The position numbers and the translations under genes were made by a program. Below the pieces are notes generated by a model. The model was given only the letters and a program-made list of their open reading frames with translations, made no database searches and had not been told where the DNA came from. From an uncultured Hyphomicrobiales bacterium (GTDB lineage: Bacteria > Bacteroidota > Ignavibacteria > Kapaibacteriales > UBA2268): a stretch of 64,000 nt of DNA. The stretch is taken from contig CAZGCT010000005.1 of assembly GCA_964524325.1 (NCBI GenBank), positions 61,592 through 125,591 of the forward strand, read 5' to 3'. Below are positions 51,034 to 59,270 of this stretch, in pieces (the first letter of the stretch is position 1; the number at the start of each line of letters is the position of its first letter).

Positions 51034-52566
51034 TTAAACAACTCTCCCTTCCATTTTAATATTTTGCAAATCCTTTCTTTCGACGGCAAGTCGGCGCTCG
51101 AAATATCTTGCAATACGTATGAATGGAAGCCCAAGAAGGAGATAAAGAATTGCCGTTATAATACCAGTTCCAAGGTAGTCGTAGTAGGTAGATGCAATTT
51201 GATTGTAAACTTTTGTCAACTCAATCATAGTAATTACAGAAACCAACGAAGAGTCTTTAAGCAAGGAAATAAAGTCGTTCGTAACTGGAGGAATTACAAT
51301 TCGAATAGCTTGAGGTAAAATAATATGCCATATTGCATGAAATTTAGACATTCCAAGGGAAATTGCAGCCTCCATCTGACCACGTGGTATAGCAAAAAGA
51401 CCTGCACGATATACTTCTGCTTCGTACGCAGCGTAATTCAGACCAAGACCTACGATTGCAGCAAGGAAGGGGGATAGTTTGAGTCCAATTGATGGGAGTG
51501 CGTAGAAAATAATATAAAGTTGGATTAGAAGTGGAGTTCCACGAATGATTTCTATATAAGCGACGGCAAGAGAAGAAAGAATTTTACCACCATAAATACG
51601 AGCCAAAGCAATGATTAACCCTGCGAAAATAGCTAACATCATTGCTAAAAAGGACAAGCCAAGAGTTATTAGTGCAGCTTTAAGGAAAACAGGAAGGAAC
51701 TTGATATATAATTGAATTCTTTCCGATAATTCACTCTTTTTTCTTACTGATTCTACAAAATATTGGTATTTTTTTGGCGGGACATTACTAGGGCTAAAGT
51801 CGTCCAAGTAGGTTGCCATCATAAAGTTCCATAGATTCCAATTCTCTAAAATTTCACGCAATTTTCCACTTTTTTGTAAATAATCTAGGGCAGTATTAAT
51901 CTGATTGAGAAGCAAGGTATCTTCCTTTCTAATTGCAATACCGTATGATATTTCTCCTATTGGTTGACCAACAGTGATGAATTCAGGATTAACCGAAGTG
52001 TAATAAATCGCAATAGGAGCGTCGACGAGAGCAGCTTCTATTCTTCCATTTTTCATATCAATGAAAGCATTGGCTTCGCCTTCGTATGTTAAAACGTGTA
52101 TCCCACCTTTTGCCCGAAGGATTCTTTCGGCAAGCGAATTTTTTAACGCTCCAACTTTTCTTCCAACTAAGTCGGAGAGGCTATTTATGTAATTAACACC
52201 TCTTAATACTACCAATTGTTCATGTGTGATGTAATATGGTTGGGAGAAATTAACTTCCTTCTGCCTATCTTCAGTAATTTCTAAGCCGTTAATAGCAATA
52301 TGATAATCACCACGGTAAAGACCGGGGATTAGTCCATCCCATTGATTTTGCACGAAATGGGCTTCAATGCCAAGTTTCTCTGAAATTGCGTTGACGATGT
52401 CAACTTCGAAACCGATGATATTGGTTGGGATTTTTGGGTCTTGAAAGATGTATGGGGCATTACTTTCTGCGTCTGCAGCCCAGCGCAAGACTTTTATTTC
52501 TTTAGAGGATAAATTATTTGAACAAACCAAAAATAGTGCAACCCAAATTAGATTAATGGTTTTCAT
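51034..52566 (-). CDS. Polar amino-acid ABC transporter, fused substrate-binding protein + permease
   Basis: GFEVDI, WDGLIPGL, FSQPY, then RGTPLLIQ, YEAEVYRAG, GQMEAA and KDSSL motifs. Confidence 0.93.
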   Translation of the reverse strand: MKTINLIWVALFLVCSNNLSSKEIKVLRWAADAESNAPYIFQDPKIPTNIIGFEVDIVNAISEKLGIEAHFVQNQWDGLIPGLYRGDYHIAINGLEITEDRQKEVNFSQPYYITHEQLVVLRGVNYINSLSDLVGRKVGALKNSLAERILRAKGGIHVLTYEGEANAFIDMKNGRIEAALVDAPIAIYYTSVNPEFITVGQPIGEISYGIAIRKEDTLLLNQINTALDYLQKSGKLREILENWNLWNFMMATYLDDFSPSNVPPKKYQYFVESVRKKSELSERIQLYIKFLPVFLKAALITLGLSFLAMMLAIFAGLIIALARIYGGKILSSLAVAYIEIIRGTPLLIQLYIIFYALPSIGLKLSPFLAAIVGLGLNYAAYEAEVYRAGLFAIPRGQMEAAISLGMSKFHAIWHIILPQAIRIVIPPVTNDFISLLKDSSLVSVITMIELTKVYNQIASTYYDYLGTGIITAILYLLLGLPFIRIARYFERRLAVERKDLQNIKMEGRVV

Positions 52567-52568
52567 TT

Positions 52569-53351
52569 TTACTCCTTGAAGAGGCGAACGTAAGCTTCGG
52601 TTCTGGGATCGTTAGGATTTCCAAAAATTTTATCCGGTTTTCCAATTTCGATTATTTCACCATTTTCCATAAAAATAACATAATCGGAGGCAGACTTTGC
52701 AAAGTTCATAGCATGGGTAACTACTACTTGTGTCATTCCTTCGTGGTGTAGATCTATCATAACGTTAAGAACCTCGCCAACCAATTCTGGGTCGAGTGCC
52801 GAAGTTGGTTCGTCATACAACATAACTTGGGGATTGAGTGCTAATGAGCGTGCAATAGCAACCCTTTGGGATTGACCTCCGGAGAGTTGGTATGGGTAAC
52901 GATTTTCGTAACCTTTCAAGCCAACTTTTTCCAAAAGACTCATTGCATTTTCGATTGCCTTTTCTTTTGGTTCCTTTTTAACAACTATCGGTGCAAGTAT
53001 AATGTTTTCAAGAACTGTTAAATGGGGAAATAGGTTTAATGTTTGGAATAGCATTCCAACTTTTTGCCTAATCTTTTGTGCTTTTGCTTCGAAAGTTTCC
53101 TGCTTCTTGTTTTGCCTATGGTTGTTGTTGCAATTGTATTTTTCAATTTCTATGTCGCAAACTCTTAAATAGCCTTTTTGAAAAATTTCCAAGCAGTTGA
53201 TGCAACGAAGAAGGGTGGTTTTGCCACACCCCGAGCGTCCAATAATGGAGATTAGCTCACCTCTTTTAATTGAAAAGGAAATGTTTTTCAGTATTTCCAG
53301 ATCTCCGTAATTTTTGCAAATTCCTTTTGCTTCTAAAATTAATTGATCCAA
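52569..53351 (-). CDS. Polar amino-acid ABC transporter ATP-binding subunit
   Basis: [26 protein letters not shown] motifs. Confidence 0.95.
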   Translation of the reverse strand: MDQLILEAKGICKNYGDLEILKNISFSIKRGELISIIGRSGCGKTTLLRCINCLEIFQKGYLRVCDIEIEKYNCNNNHRQNKKQETFEAKAQKIRQKVGMLFQTLNLFPHLTVLENIILAPIVVKKEPKEKAIENAMSLLEKVGLKGYENRYPYQLSGGQSQRVAIARSLALNPQVMLYDEPTSALDPELVGEVLNVMIDLHHEGMTQVVVTHAMNFAKSASDYVIFMENGEIIEIGKPDKIFGNPNDPRTEAYVRLFKE

Positions 53352-53538
53352 TTTTAAATTTTTTGCAAAATCAAAACATTAAATTTAACTTTTTTAATTT
53401 GTTTTGCAAAATGCCATTTTAAAAGTGTTTTTTTTAGCATTTCAGCTATTGAATTGCAATTTTTTCTGATATTGAAAAAATTCTTCTTCAGAAAATACAT
53501 TTTTCTTTATTTTTCTAGGGGAGTGTTAATATGAAATT

Positions 53539-54021
53539 TCAGAGCTGTTGCGAGTTCAGTTTGTCTAGAATTTTTTTCAAAGTAGTGCTGGTAGATTTTC
53601 CTTCGATATATGGTATAACAACAACTTTGCCGCCGTTGTTTGCAACATAATCGGCACCGACAATAGTTTCGGGTTTGTAATCTCCACCTTTCACAAGAAT
53701 GTCAGGTTTTACGGACATAATTAAGTTCAAAGGAGTATCATCTTCGAAAATAACAACAAAGTCCACAGGTTTAAGTGAATCTAGAATTACTGCCCTTTCA
53801 TTTTGAGGGTAAATAGGTCTGGTTTCTCCTTTGAGTCTTTGAACAGATTCGTCGCTATTAAGCCCAACGACTAAAATATCCCCAAGATTTTTTGCTTGAA
53901 TAAGGTAGTTGATATGCCCAATGTGTAAAATGTCGAAACAACCATTAGTAAAAACTATTTTTTTGCCCGCATTTCGAAGGTTTAGGCAAATGGTTTTTAT
54001 TTCATCCATTGTAACTATCAT
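53539..54021 (-). CDS. rfaE2: D-glycero-beta-D-manno-heptose 1-phosphate adenylyltransferase
   Basis: [22 protein letters not shown] and LVKGGDY motifs; start set at ATG 54021 (ATGA overlap). Confidence 0.93.
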   Translation of the reverse strand: MIVTMDEIKTICLNLRNAGKKIVFTNGCFDILHIGHINYLIQAKNLGDILVVGLNSDESVQRLKGETRPIYPQNERAVILDSLKPVDFVVIFEDDTPLNLIMSVKPDILVKGGDYKPETIVGADYVANNGGKVVVIPYIEGKSTSTTLKKILDKLNSQQL

Positions 54022-55025
54022 AGGTCTTTGATTGTGGTATTGTTTTTCCGAATAGTTTCGAGCAATTTTTCGATTGTAATAGGAACCACACCGGGGTATT
54101 CGCAAACGGTTCCAGCTGCATAATTAGCAAGGGTTGCAGCCTCTTTCATAGTTGCACCAGTGGAGTAAACGGCTGCAAAAGTGGCAATTGTGGTGTCCCC
54201 TGCACCCGATACATCGGCAACTTTGCGAGCTCGTGTTGGCACAAAAGATACTTCGCTTTCGGATTCGAAAAGTGCCATACCATCGGCCCCAAGAGTAATA
54301 AGAACTGCTTTGGTATTCAACCTTTGCAAAAGCATAATACCAGATTGGATAATCTGGTCCTTTGTTTTGATATTAAAATTTAAGGCTTGCTGTGCTTCTT
54401 TACGGTTTGGCTTGAAAACAGTTGTGTTCTGATATTCGAAAAAGTTTTCAAATTTTGGGTCGACAAATGTAGGAATATCTTTTTCGTTTGCAAGTGAAAC
54501 AAGCCTGTGAATCAATTTGCCGGTGATTGTACCCTTATTGTAATCTTGGAAAATAATACCATCTAAGTCTTTTTCGTTGGCTATCTGCTGAATGATGAAT
54601 TTAGTAGCTTCTTCGGAAATTGGTTCCCGAACTTCTCGGTCGACACGGACAACGTGTTGGTTGTTTGCAATAATTCTTGTTTTAACGGTGGTTGGTCGGA
54701 GTGGGTCGGTGAAGACTCCAGAAATGTCGATGCCACTATTTTTAGCAATGTTAATGAACAAATTTCCGCTGTTATCTTTTCCAATTACACCGCAGAGTAT
54801 GGGAGTAACCCCAAGATTAAGCAAATTGTTTGCAACATTTGAAGCGCCACCAAGATGAGCGGTTTCTTCTTCAAGTTCTACAACTGGTACAGGAGCCTCG
54901 GGAGAAATTCTATTGACAGAACCCCAGAAAAAACGGTCGATCATGATATCGCCCACTACTGCTACCTTTTTCCCTTTGCATTTGGAAAGTAAATACTTTG
55001 CTCTTTCAAGATCAACTTCTAGCAT
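54018..55025 (-). CDS. rfaE1: D-glycero-beta-D-manno-heptose-7-phosphate kinase (PfkB fold)
   Basis: [25 protein letters not shown] and DVSGAGDT motifs; start set at ATG 55025. Confidence 0.93.
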   Translation of the reverse strand: MLEVDLERAKYLLSKCKGKKVAVVGDIMIDRFFWGSVNRISPEAPVPVVELEEETAHLGGASNVANNLLNLGVTPILCGVIGKDNSGNLFINIAKNSGIDISGVFTDPLRPTTVKTRIIANNQHVVRVDREVREPISEEATKFIIQQIANEKDLDGIIFQDYNKGTITGKLIHRLVSLANEKDIPTFVDPKFENFFEYQNTTVFKPNRKEAQQALNFNIKTKDQIIQSGIMLLQRLNTKAVLITLGADGMALFESESEVSFVPTRARKVADVSGAGDTTIATFAAVYSTGATMKEAATLANYAAGTVCEYPGVVPITIEKLLETIRKNNTTIKDL

Positions 55026-55326
55026 AATTAATTTTGATTGTAAAAAAAATAAAAGACGAAGATATTTTAATGTTGTTATTATCATTTGATTTTATTTTCG
55101 AGCAAAAGTTGGCAGAATTGTTGCTTGGTTATGAATTTAAAATATTACAAGTATTCTAATTTATTAGTCATTGTAAAGAAAAATTAAATTACAAATGAAC
55201 TAACTAGCTGGGGGAAAACCACAAAAATTTAGTATTTAATTTAAAGTGAAGTGTATCTATTTTTGCGTCGTTGTCAAAGGTTATTTACAAGTTGAAATTT
55301 TTATAACTCAAACATGTCAAGCAATT

Positions 55327-55611
55327 TCAATCTTTGTTGATCCTTTTTTCCCTAAACAATTTCTTAATAAATTGTTCAGTGACACCAAGTTCACTCGCGA
55401 TTAGTTTGAATGGCTTATTGGAATTTTCTTTAATGTAACGTAGAATAAATTTTTCCAACCTAGCTATTTTAGGAACGTAGATAGACATACCTGCACAGGA
55501 GCGCAACAAAAGCCTAACTGTTTCGACGCCGCAAGCATGTGCAATTAATTTCAAATCGTCAGTTAGGTCTTCCAATTGAACTTTTGCGAAGATGTCGTTT
55601 TGTTTTTCCAT
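55327..55611 (-). CDS. Mor/C-family (phage Mu middle-operon regulator-like) transcription activator
   Basis: LIAHACGVETVRLLL-x-CAGMSIYVPK matches Mor GGGQVYIPR; C-terminal HTH IASELGVTEQFIKK resembles Mor YGVTFNTVYK; 94 aa. Confidence 0.75.
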   Translation of the reverse strand: MEKQNDIFAKVQLEDLTDDLKLIAHACGVETVRLLLRSCAGMSIYVPKIARLEKFILRYIKENSNKPFKLIASELGVTEQFIKKLFREKRINKD

Positions 55612-55638
55612 TTTAATTTACTTTTTCAACAAAAATTT

Positions 55639-55698
55639 CTTATTTTTGTTTTTGTAAGAAATACATAAATTTTATGTATTTCTTACTACAAAAATAAG
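55639..55698. promoter_or_regulatory. 60-bp imperfect inverted repeat with a perfect 16-1-16 core; candidate operator carrying two face-to-face TAnnTTTG boxes
   Basis: CTTATTTTTG-TTTTT-GTAAGAAATACATAAA-T-TTTATGTATTTCTTAC-TA-CAAAAATAAG. Confidence 0.8.
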
Positions 55699-55719
55699 TA
55701 GATTTTGCATAATAAAAAA

Positions 55720-56193
55720 ATGAAAAATTTAAATAAGGAAATTGGTGAAAGAATTCGTTTTGTAAGGTCGATTTTCAACGAGGGGGCAAAACTTTCCGCT
55801 TCTCAATTTGCTCATCTTTTAGGCGAAACTATGCACAAAATTTTGAATTATGAGTTGGGAAGGGCTCAAGTTCCACCATCGTTTTTAGTGGCATTATACC
55901 GCAAGGGAATTAATCCAATTTTCATACTTACGGGCGAAGGAGATTTATTTGCTCCTAACAAGTATGGATTTGAATTGAAACAAAAGCTAGGAGAACATTT
56001 AAAGAAAGAAGGAAAAGAAAAATTTAATATTGATTCCGATGTAGAAAGTCATTTTAAAAATTCAAATGATTTTAGCCAGATAGAAAATTTTTCGGAAAAA
56101 AATATTAAGGAGCTGATTGAACTTGCTCGGCAGTACACAGCTGTTGCCGGTGATATTATGGAAATAATAAAAAGTCGGGGTCAACATGAATGA
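55720..56193 (+). CDS. XRE/CI-type HTH transcriptional regulator with no peptidase domain
   Basis: IGERIRFVR...SASQFAHLLG...ILNYELGR..P and GINPIFILTGEGDLF, the usual end of a phage-repressor N-domain; start set at ATG 55720. Confidence 0.82.
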   Translation: MKNLNKEIGERIRFVRSIFNEGAKLSASQFAHLLGETMHKILNYELGRAQVPPSFLVALYRKGINPIFILTGEGDLFAPNKYGFELKQKLGEHLKKEGKEKFNIDSDVESHFKNSNDFSQIENFSEKNIKELIELARQYTAVAGDIMEIIKSRGQHE

Positions 56194-56746
56194 AGATGAA
56201 AGGAAAAAATTAATTAAGCAGGTAGAAAGAGAAATTCTTTTTGCTCATTTGCATGGGAAGCTTCCGCCTAATTTTGATAAGACCTTAGCTATTTTGAAAA
56301 GTATGAATATTGATCCAGACGAGTTGCTCGATAATGCTTTCTACAAGTTCGATCTGCTTTCTACATTATGCAAAGGTGGGGATGTAGAGCCCCTGCTGCA
56401 AAGAGACTTTGATTTTACTAAATTTAACATATTCGATATTGCTACTCAAAATAAATCTAACAATATTCAAACAAATCACTTAATTTCTTTTACAGTAAAC
56501 GGGGATTCGATGGTCGGTTTAGGCATAAAAGATGGTGATGTTGTGATTGCTGAAGAAGATGATTTTGAGTCTGGTTCGATTTATGTTGTCAGGTTCGACG
56601 ACACTTATTTCATAAAACAAGTTAAGAAATCTGAAAATGGGTACCTACTTATTTCTGCAAATCCGAAGTACGAAAGTGTTGAAATAAGAGAAAACCTGGG
56701 CTTGGAAATAATTGGAAAAGTGAAGTATATTGTGAAAAAAATTTAA
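56186..56746 (+). CDS. S24-family (LexA/CI/UmuD-type) Ser-Lys peptidase with no recognisable HTH
   Basis: VNGDSM (Ser108), IKDGDVVI, FIKQV (Lys144), LISANPKY and IIGKV motifs; 8-bp overlap with the HTH gene, GGGG RBS. Confidence 0.88.
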   Translation: MNEDERKKLIKQVEREILFAHLHGKLPPNFDKTLAILKSMNIDPDELLDNAFYKFDLLSTLCKGGDVEPLLQRDFDFTKFNIFDIATQNKSNNIQTNHLISFTVNGDSMVGLGIKDGDVVIAEEDDFESGSIYVVRFDDTYFIKQVKKSENGYLLISANPKYESVEIRENLGLEIIGKVKYIVKKI

Positions 56747-56894
56747 GATATAGATTACTGAGCATGGAATTAGATCCAAATGAATATTTGCTTTTAATGA
56801 GGCTAATTTTGAGGATATTTTTAAAAATTAAGAGCAAATCAGGTAAATAATTCTTAGCTTTGAAAATTAGTTACAAAATTTATTGGATAAAAAG

Positions 56895-57644
56895 TTACTT
56901 CGTAAGCTTTTTTATAATATTTTGAACAATTGGATCTAAAACCAGCGAAGCTGAAACTTCGGCTTTTAAGTCGAGTAGGTCATCCCAATTTTCTGTTCCT
57001 TCCCAAAAAAGTTTTTTAAGCTCGGTCTGCGATTTGGCACTTCGCTCAATTAATACTTGCAGGAAGTTGTCCAAAAAGTTATCTAATTCTTCGGTGGATC
57101 TGAAAACTTTGTTGTAAAGTCCTTTTTCCAAGCACCAGTTAGCATCGTACCAATCCGTGTCGATTGTCATTTGCACAAAGGCGCTTTTGCCAATTTTTCG
57201 TTCTACAGCTTTACTAATAACGAAAGGACCAATACCAATTGAAAACTCACTTAACCGAACAGATGCAGATTGAAGAGCAACAACATAATCGCATGCAGAA
57301 ACTAAACCAAGCCCCCCACCAACCACCTTGCCATGCACACGGCACACGACAAATTTAGAAGCTTTGCGGATTGCATTGATTACTTTTCCGAAACTTGAGA
57401 AAAAGTTTTTAGCGGTGTCAAAGTCTTTTATTGCAATTAATTCGTCGAAGGATGCACCGGCACAGAATGCCCGATCTCCGTCGCTTTTCAATAAAATTAC
57501 TTTAACTTCTGGTTTTTCAGAAAATTCATTTATTGCATGCTCCATCGAAGAAAGTAAGTATCCGGGCAAAGAATTTCCTTTTGGATGGAAGAAGGTAATT
57601 AGACCAACTGAATTTAATATTTCTTTTTGAACATAACCTTCCAT
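56895..57644 (-). CDS. Enoyl-CoA hydratase/isomerase family (methylglutaconyl-CoA hydratase-like)
   Basis: AFCAGASF, RVHGKVVGGGLGLVSACD and LSEFSIGIGP motifs. Confidence 0.88.
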   Translation of the reverse strand: MEGYVQKEILNSVGLITFFHPKGNSLPGYLLSSMEHAINEFSEKPEVKVILLKSDGDRAFCAGASFDELIAIKDFDTAKNFFSSFGKVINAIRKASKFVVCRVHGKVVGGGLGLVSACDYVVALQSASVRLSEFSIGIGPFVISKAVERKIGKSAFVQMTIDTDWYDANWCLEKGLYNKVFRSTEELDNFLDNFLQVLIERSAKSQTELKKLFWEGTENWDDLLDLKAEVSASLVLDPIVQNIIKKLTK

Positions 57645-57647
57645 CTG

Positions 57648-58502
57648 TTACCTCTTTTGAATTTCGATAATTATGTGGTTAGGTTTGTAAAATAAGTTTA
57701 GAAATGCATCTAGGATTTTCCAAAGTCTAAATGGGAGAAATCTAAGTACTTTATATAATCGTAGGTAACGTACAAAAGAATTGCCAAATTTTCCAAATTT
57801 CCATTGAAATCCAAGCCCAATTGTTTGCAAAATGGAATTCAGCTTGTTTTCGTCAAAAGAATGAAGATGCGCATTTAAAGGAGTTGGCTTATTGCAGTGG
57901 ATGCACAAAGTTTTTCTGATTTTTTCCTTGTATGGAGTGGTAAGAATTATGCTACCGTTTTGTTTGGTAACTCTTATTAATTCTGAAATGAATTTGTCAG
58001 GTTGTTCAAGATGTTCAATTACTTCCGATGCCACAGTGCAATCGAAACTTTCATTTTTGAATGGAAGGTGATAGCCATCGGCAACAATACCAAAGTGTTT
58101 TTCGTCGGGATAAAGTTTCAGAACTTTAGAAACATTTTCAAAAGAGACATCGATGGAGACAACAATACGATCGAGAAATAATAGTTTCTTGGCAAGCCAA
58201 CCTTTGCCACAACCTACGTCGGCAATTATTTTTGCTTTTTGGGGAATTTTAGAAAGGATATATTGATAAATCCTTTGTTCTTCGCATTCTGTTTCGAAAA
58301 AAAGTTCCTCGAAATAATCAAAGCACTCGGAATCTTTTTTATAATGCTCAATATAATTCAAGCTTTTTTTTGGTAGTAATATAGGAATACTTTCGCAAAT
58401 AGAAAATTCACCTTCGTTGGAAACAAGCGTTTGATTTTGCTTGTTAAAATATAGGGGCAATTTTTTTTCTGGGGAAACAATAAGCTGAAAAATGTTACGC
58501 AT
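57648..58502 (-). CDS. Class I SAM-dependent methyltransferase with Trm112-like N-terminus
   Basis: N-terminal SP...L...F.I.ESIPILL; ADVGCGKG, ADGYHLPF, SEVIEHL, LTTP motifs; CIHC. Confidence 0.85.
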   Translation of the reverse strand: MRNIFQLIVSPEKKLPLYFNKQNQTLVSNEGEFSICESIPILLPKKSLNYIEHYKKDSECFDYFEELFFETECEEQRIYQYILSKIPQKAKIIADVGCGKGWLAKKLLFLDRIVVSIDVSFENVSKVLKLYPDEKHFGIVADGYHLPFKNESFDCTVASEVIEHLEQPDKFISELIRVTKQNGSIILTTPYKEKIRKTLCIHCNKPTPLNAHLHSFDENKLNSILQTIGLGFQWKFGKFGNSFVRYLRLYKVLRFLPFRLWKILDAFLNLFYKPNHIIIEIQKR

Positions 58503-59270
58503 TTAACGTATTCCACGTAAAATTGATATTCCTATTTGGAAAGAAAGTAGCTTCAGATTTTCCTGTTTAGTTAAATTGAATAGCGGAAGTTGAATTGAAA
58601 TACTCGGACTTGCATATATTCCAGGAAAAACTGTGGCATCGTATCCAAAGGTGGCTTTGGGTATAAAGAATAATAATGATAAGTCCGTTAGCCTACCTTC
58701 CACAATCTTTCTTCTTTGCGAATTATCAATGAAATGATATTCGGGAGGAGATTTTACTAGTTCGTAAAGTTCGTATTTTGTCGAAAGTTTTATACCAATC
58801 TCCAGATTGAATCCAAGATAGAAATTTGTTGAAGCAATTTTGTGTTTAGCTCCAAAATCAATTGCAATGAAGCTGTAATCCATAATTAGTTCGTTTTCCA
58901 CTTTAACAATTTTGGGGATATTTTTGATTTGAACTGGAAAAGAATCACCCTCAGTAATAAAGTTGGCTTTGGAGTTTTGGAAGATGAAAGCTGCGCTTAG
59001 GGCGATATTAGGTTTGTACCAGTGCTCTCCTTTGAAACCGAAAGAATTAGAATAGCCAGAGCCTTGGGAGAATTTTCCGCAGTTATAAAAATTTTCGAAT
59101 AATGTAATAGAACCACTGTAATTGTTTTTTGAAGCGCTTCCAGCAACACCAATGTATGTTGTAGGAATAGAGAAGGGAAGTCTTGGGGACAATTCCCAGT
59201 CGAAACCTTGGGAGTAGCCAAGAAAATGAGAAAATAGAAACAGTACAACAACAAAAGAAAATTTTTTCAT
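58503..59270 (-). CDS. Exported hypothetical protein, probable outer-membrane beta-barrel
   Basis: Signal peptide GYS-Q; alternating hydrophobic strands; C-terminal FQIGISIL. Confidence 0.6.
   Translation of the reverse strand: MKKFSFVVVLFLFSHFLGYSQGFDWELSPRLPFSIPTTYIGVAGSASKNNYSGSITLFENFYNCGKFSQGSGYSNSFGFKGEHWYKPNIALSAAFIFQNSKANFITEGDSFPVQIKNIPKIVKVENELIMDYSFIAIDFGAKHKIASTNFYLGFNLEIGIKLSTKYELYELVKSPPEYHFIDNSQRRKIVEGRLTDLSLLFFIPKATFGYDATVFPGIYASPSISIQLPLFNLTKQENLKLLSFQIGISILRGIR

Noticed and set aside
51034-52566. Substrate-binding protein fused to permease
   Set aside because: A common architecture in polar amino-acid ABC transporters.
53361-53411. Two TTTTGCAAAA palindromes upstream of the ABC ATPase
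   Set aside because: Low-complexity AT-rich motif, also seen in part in other intergenic regions; not distinguishable from background or promoter TTTG cores.
53539-55025. HldE split into rfaE1 and rfaE2
   Set aside because: A well-known arrangement, not unusual.
55086-56894. Intact prophage or integrative element around the Mor/HTH/S24 genes
   Set aside because: No integrase, transposase, replication or structural genes, and no flanking direct repeats found by eye; the region is only ~1.8 kb.
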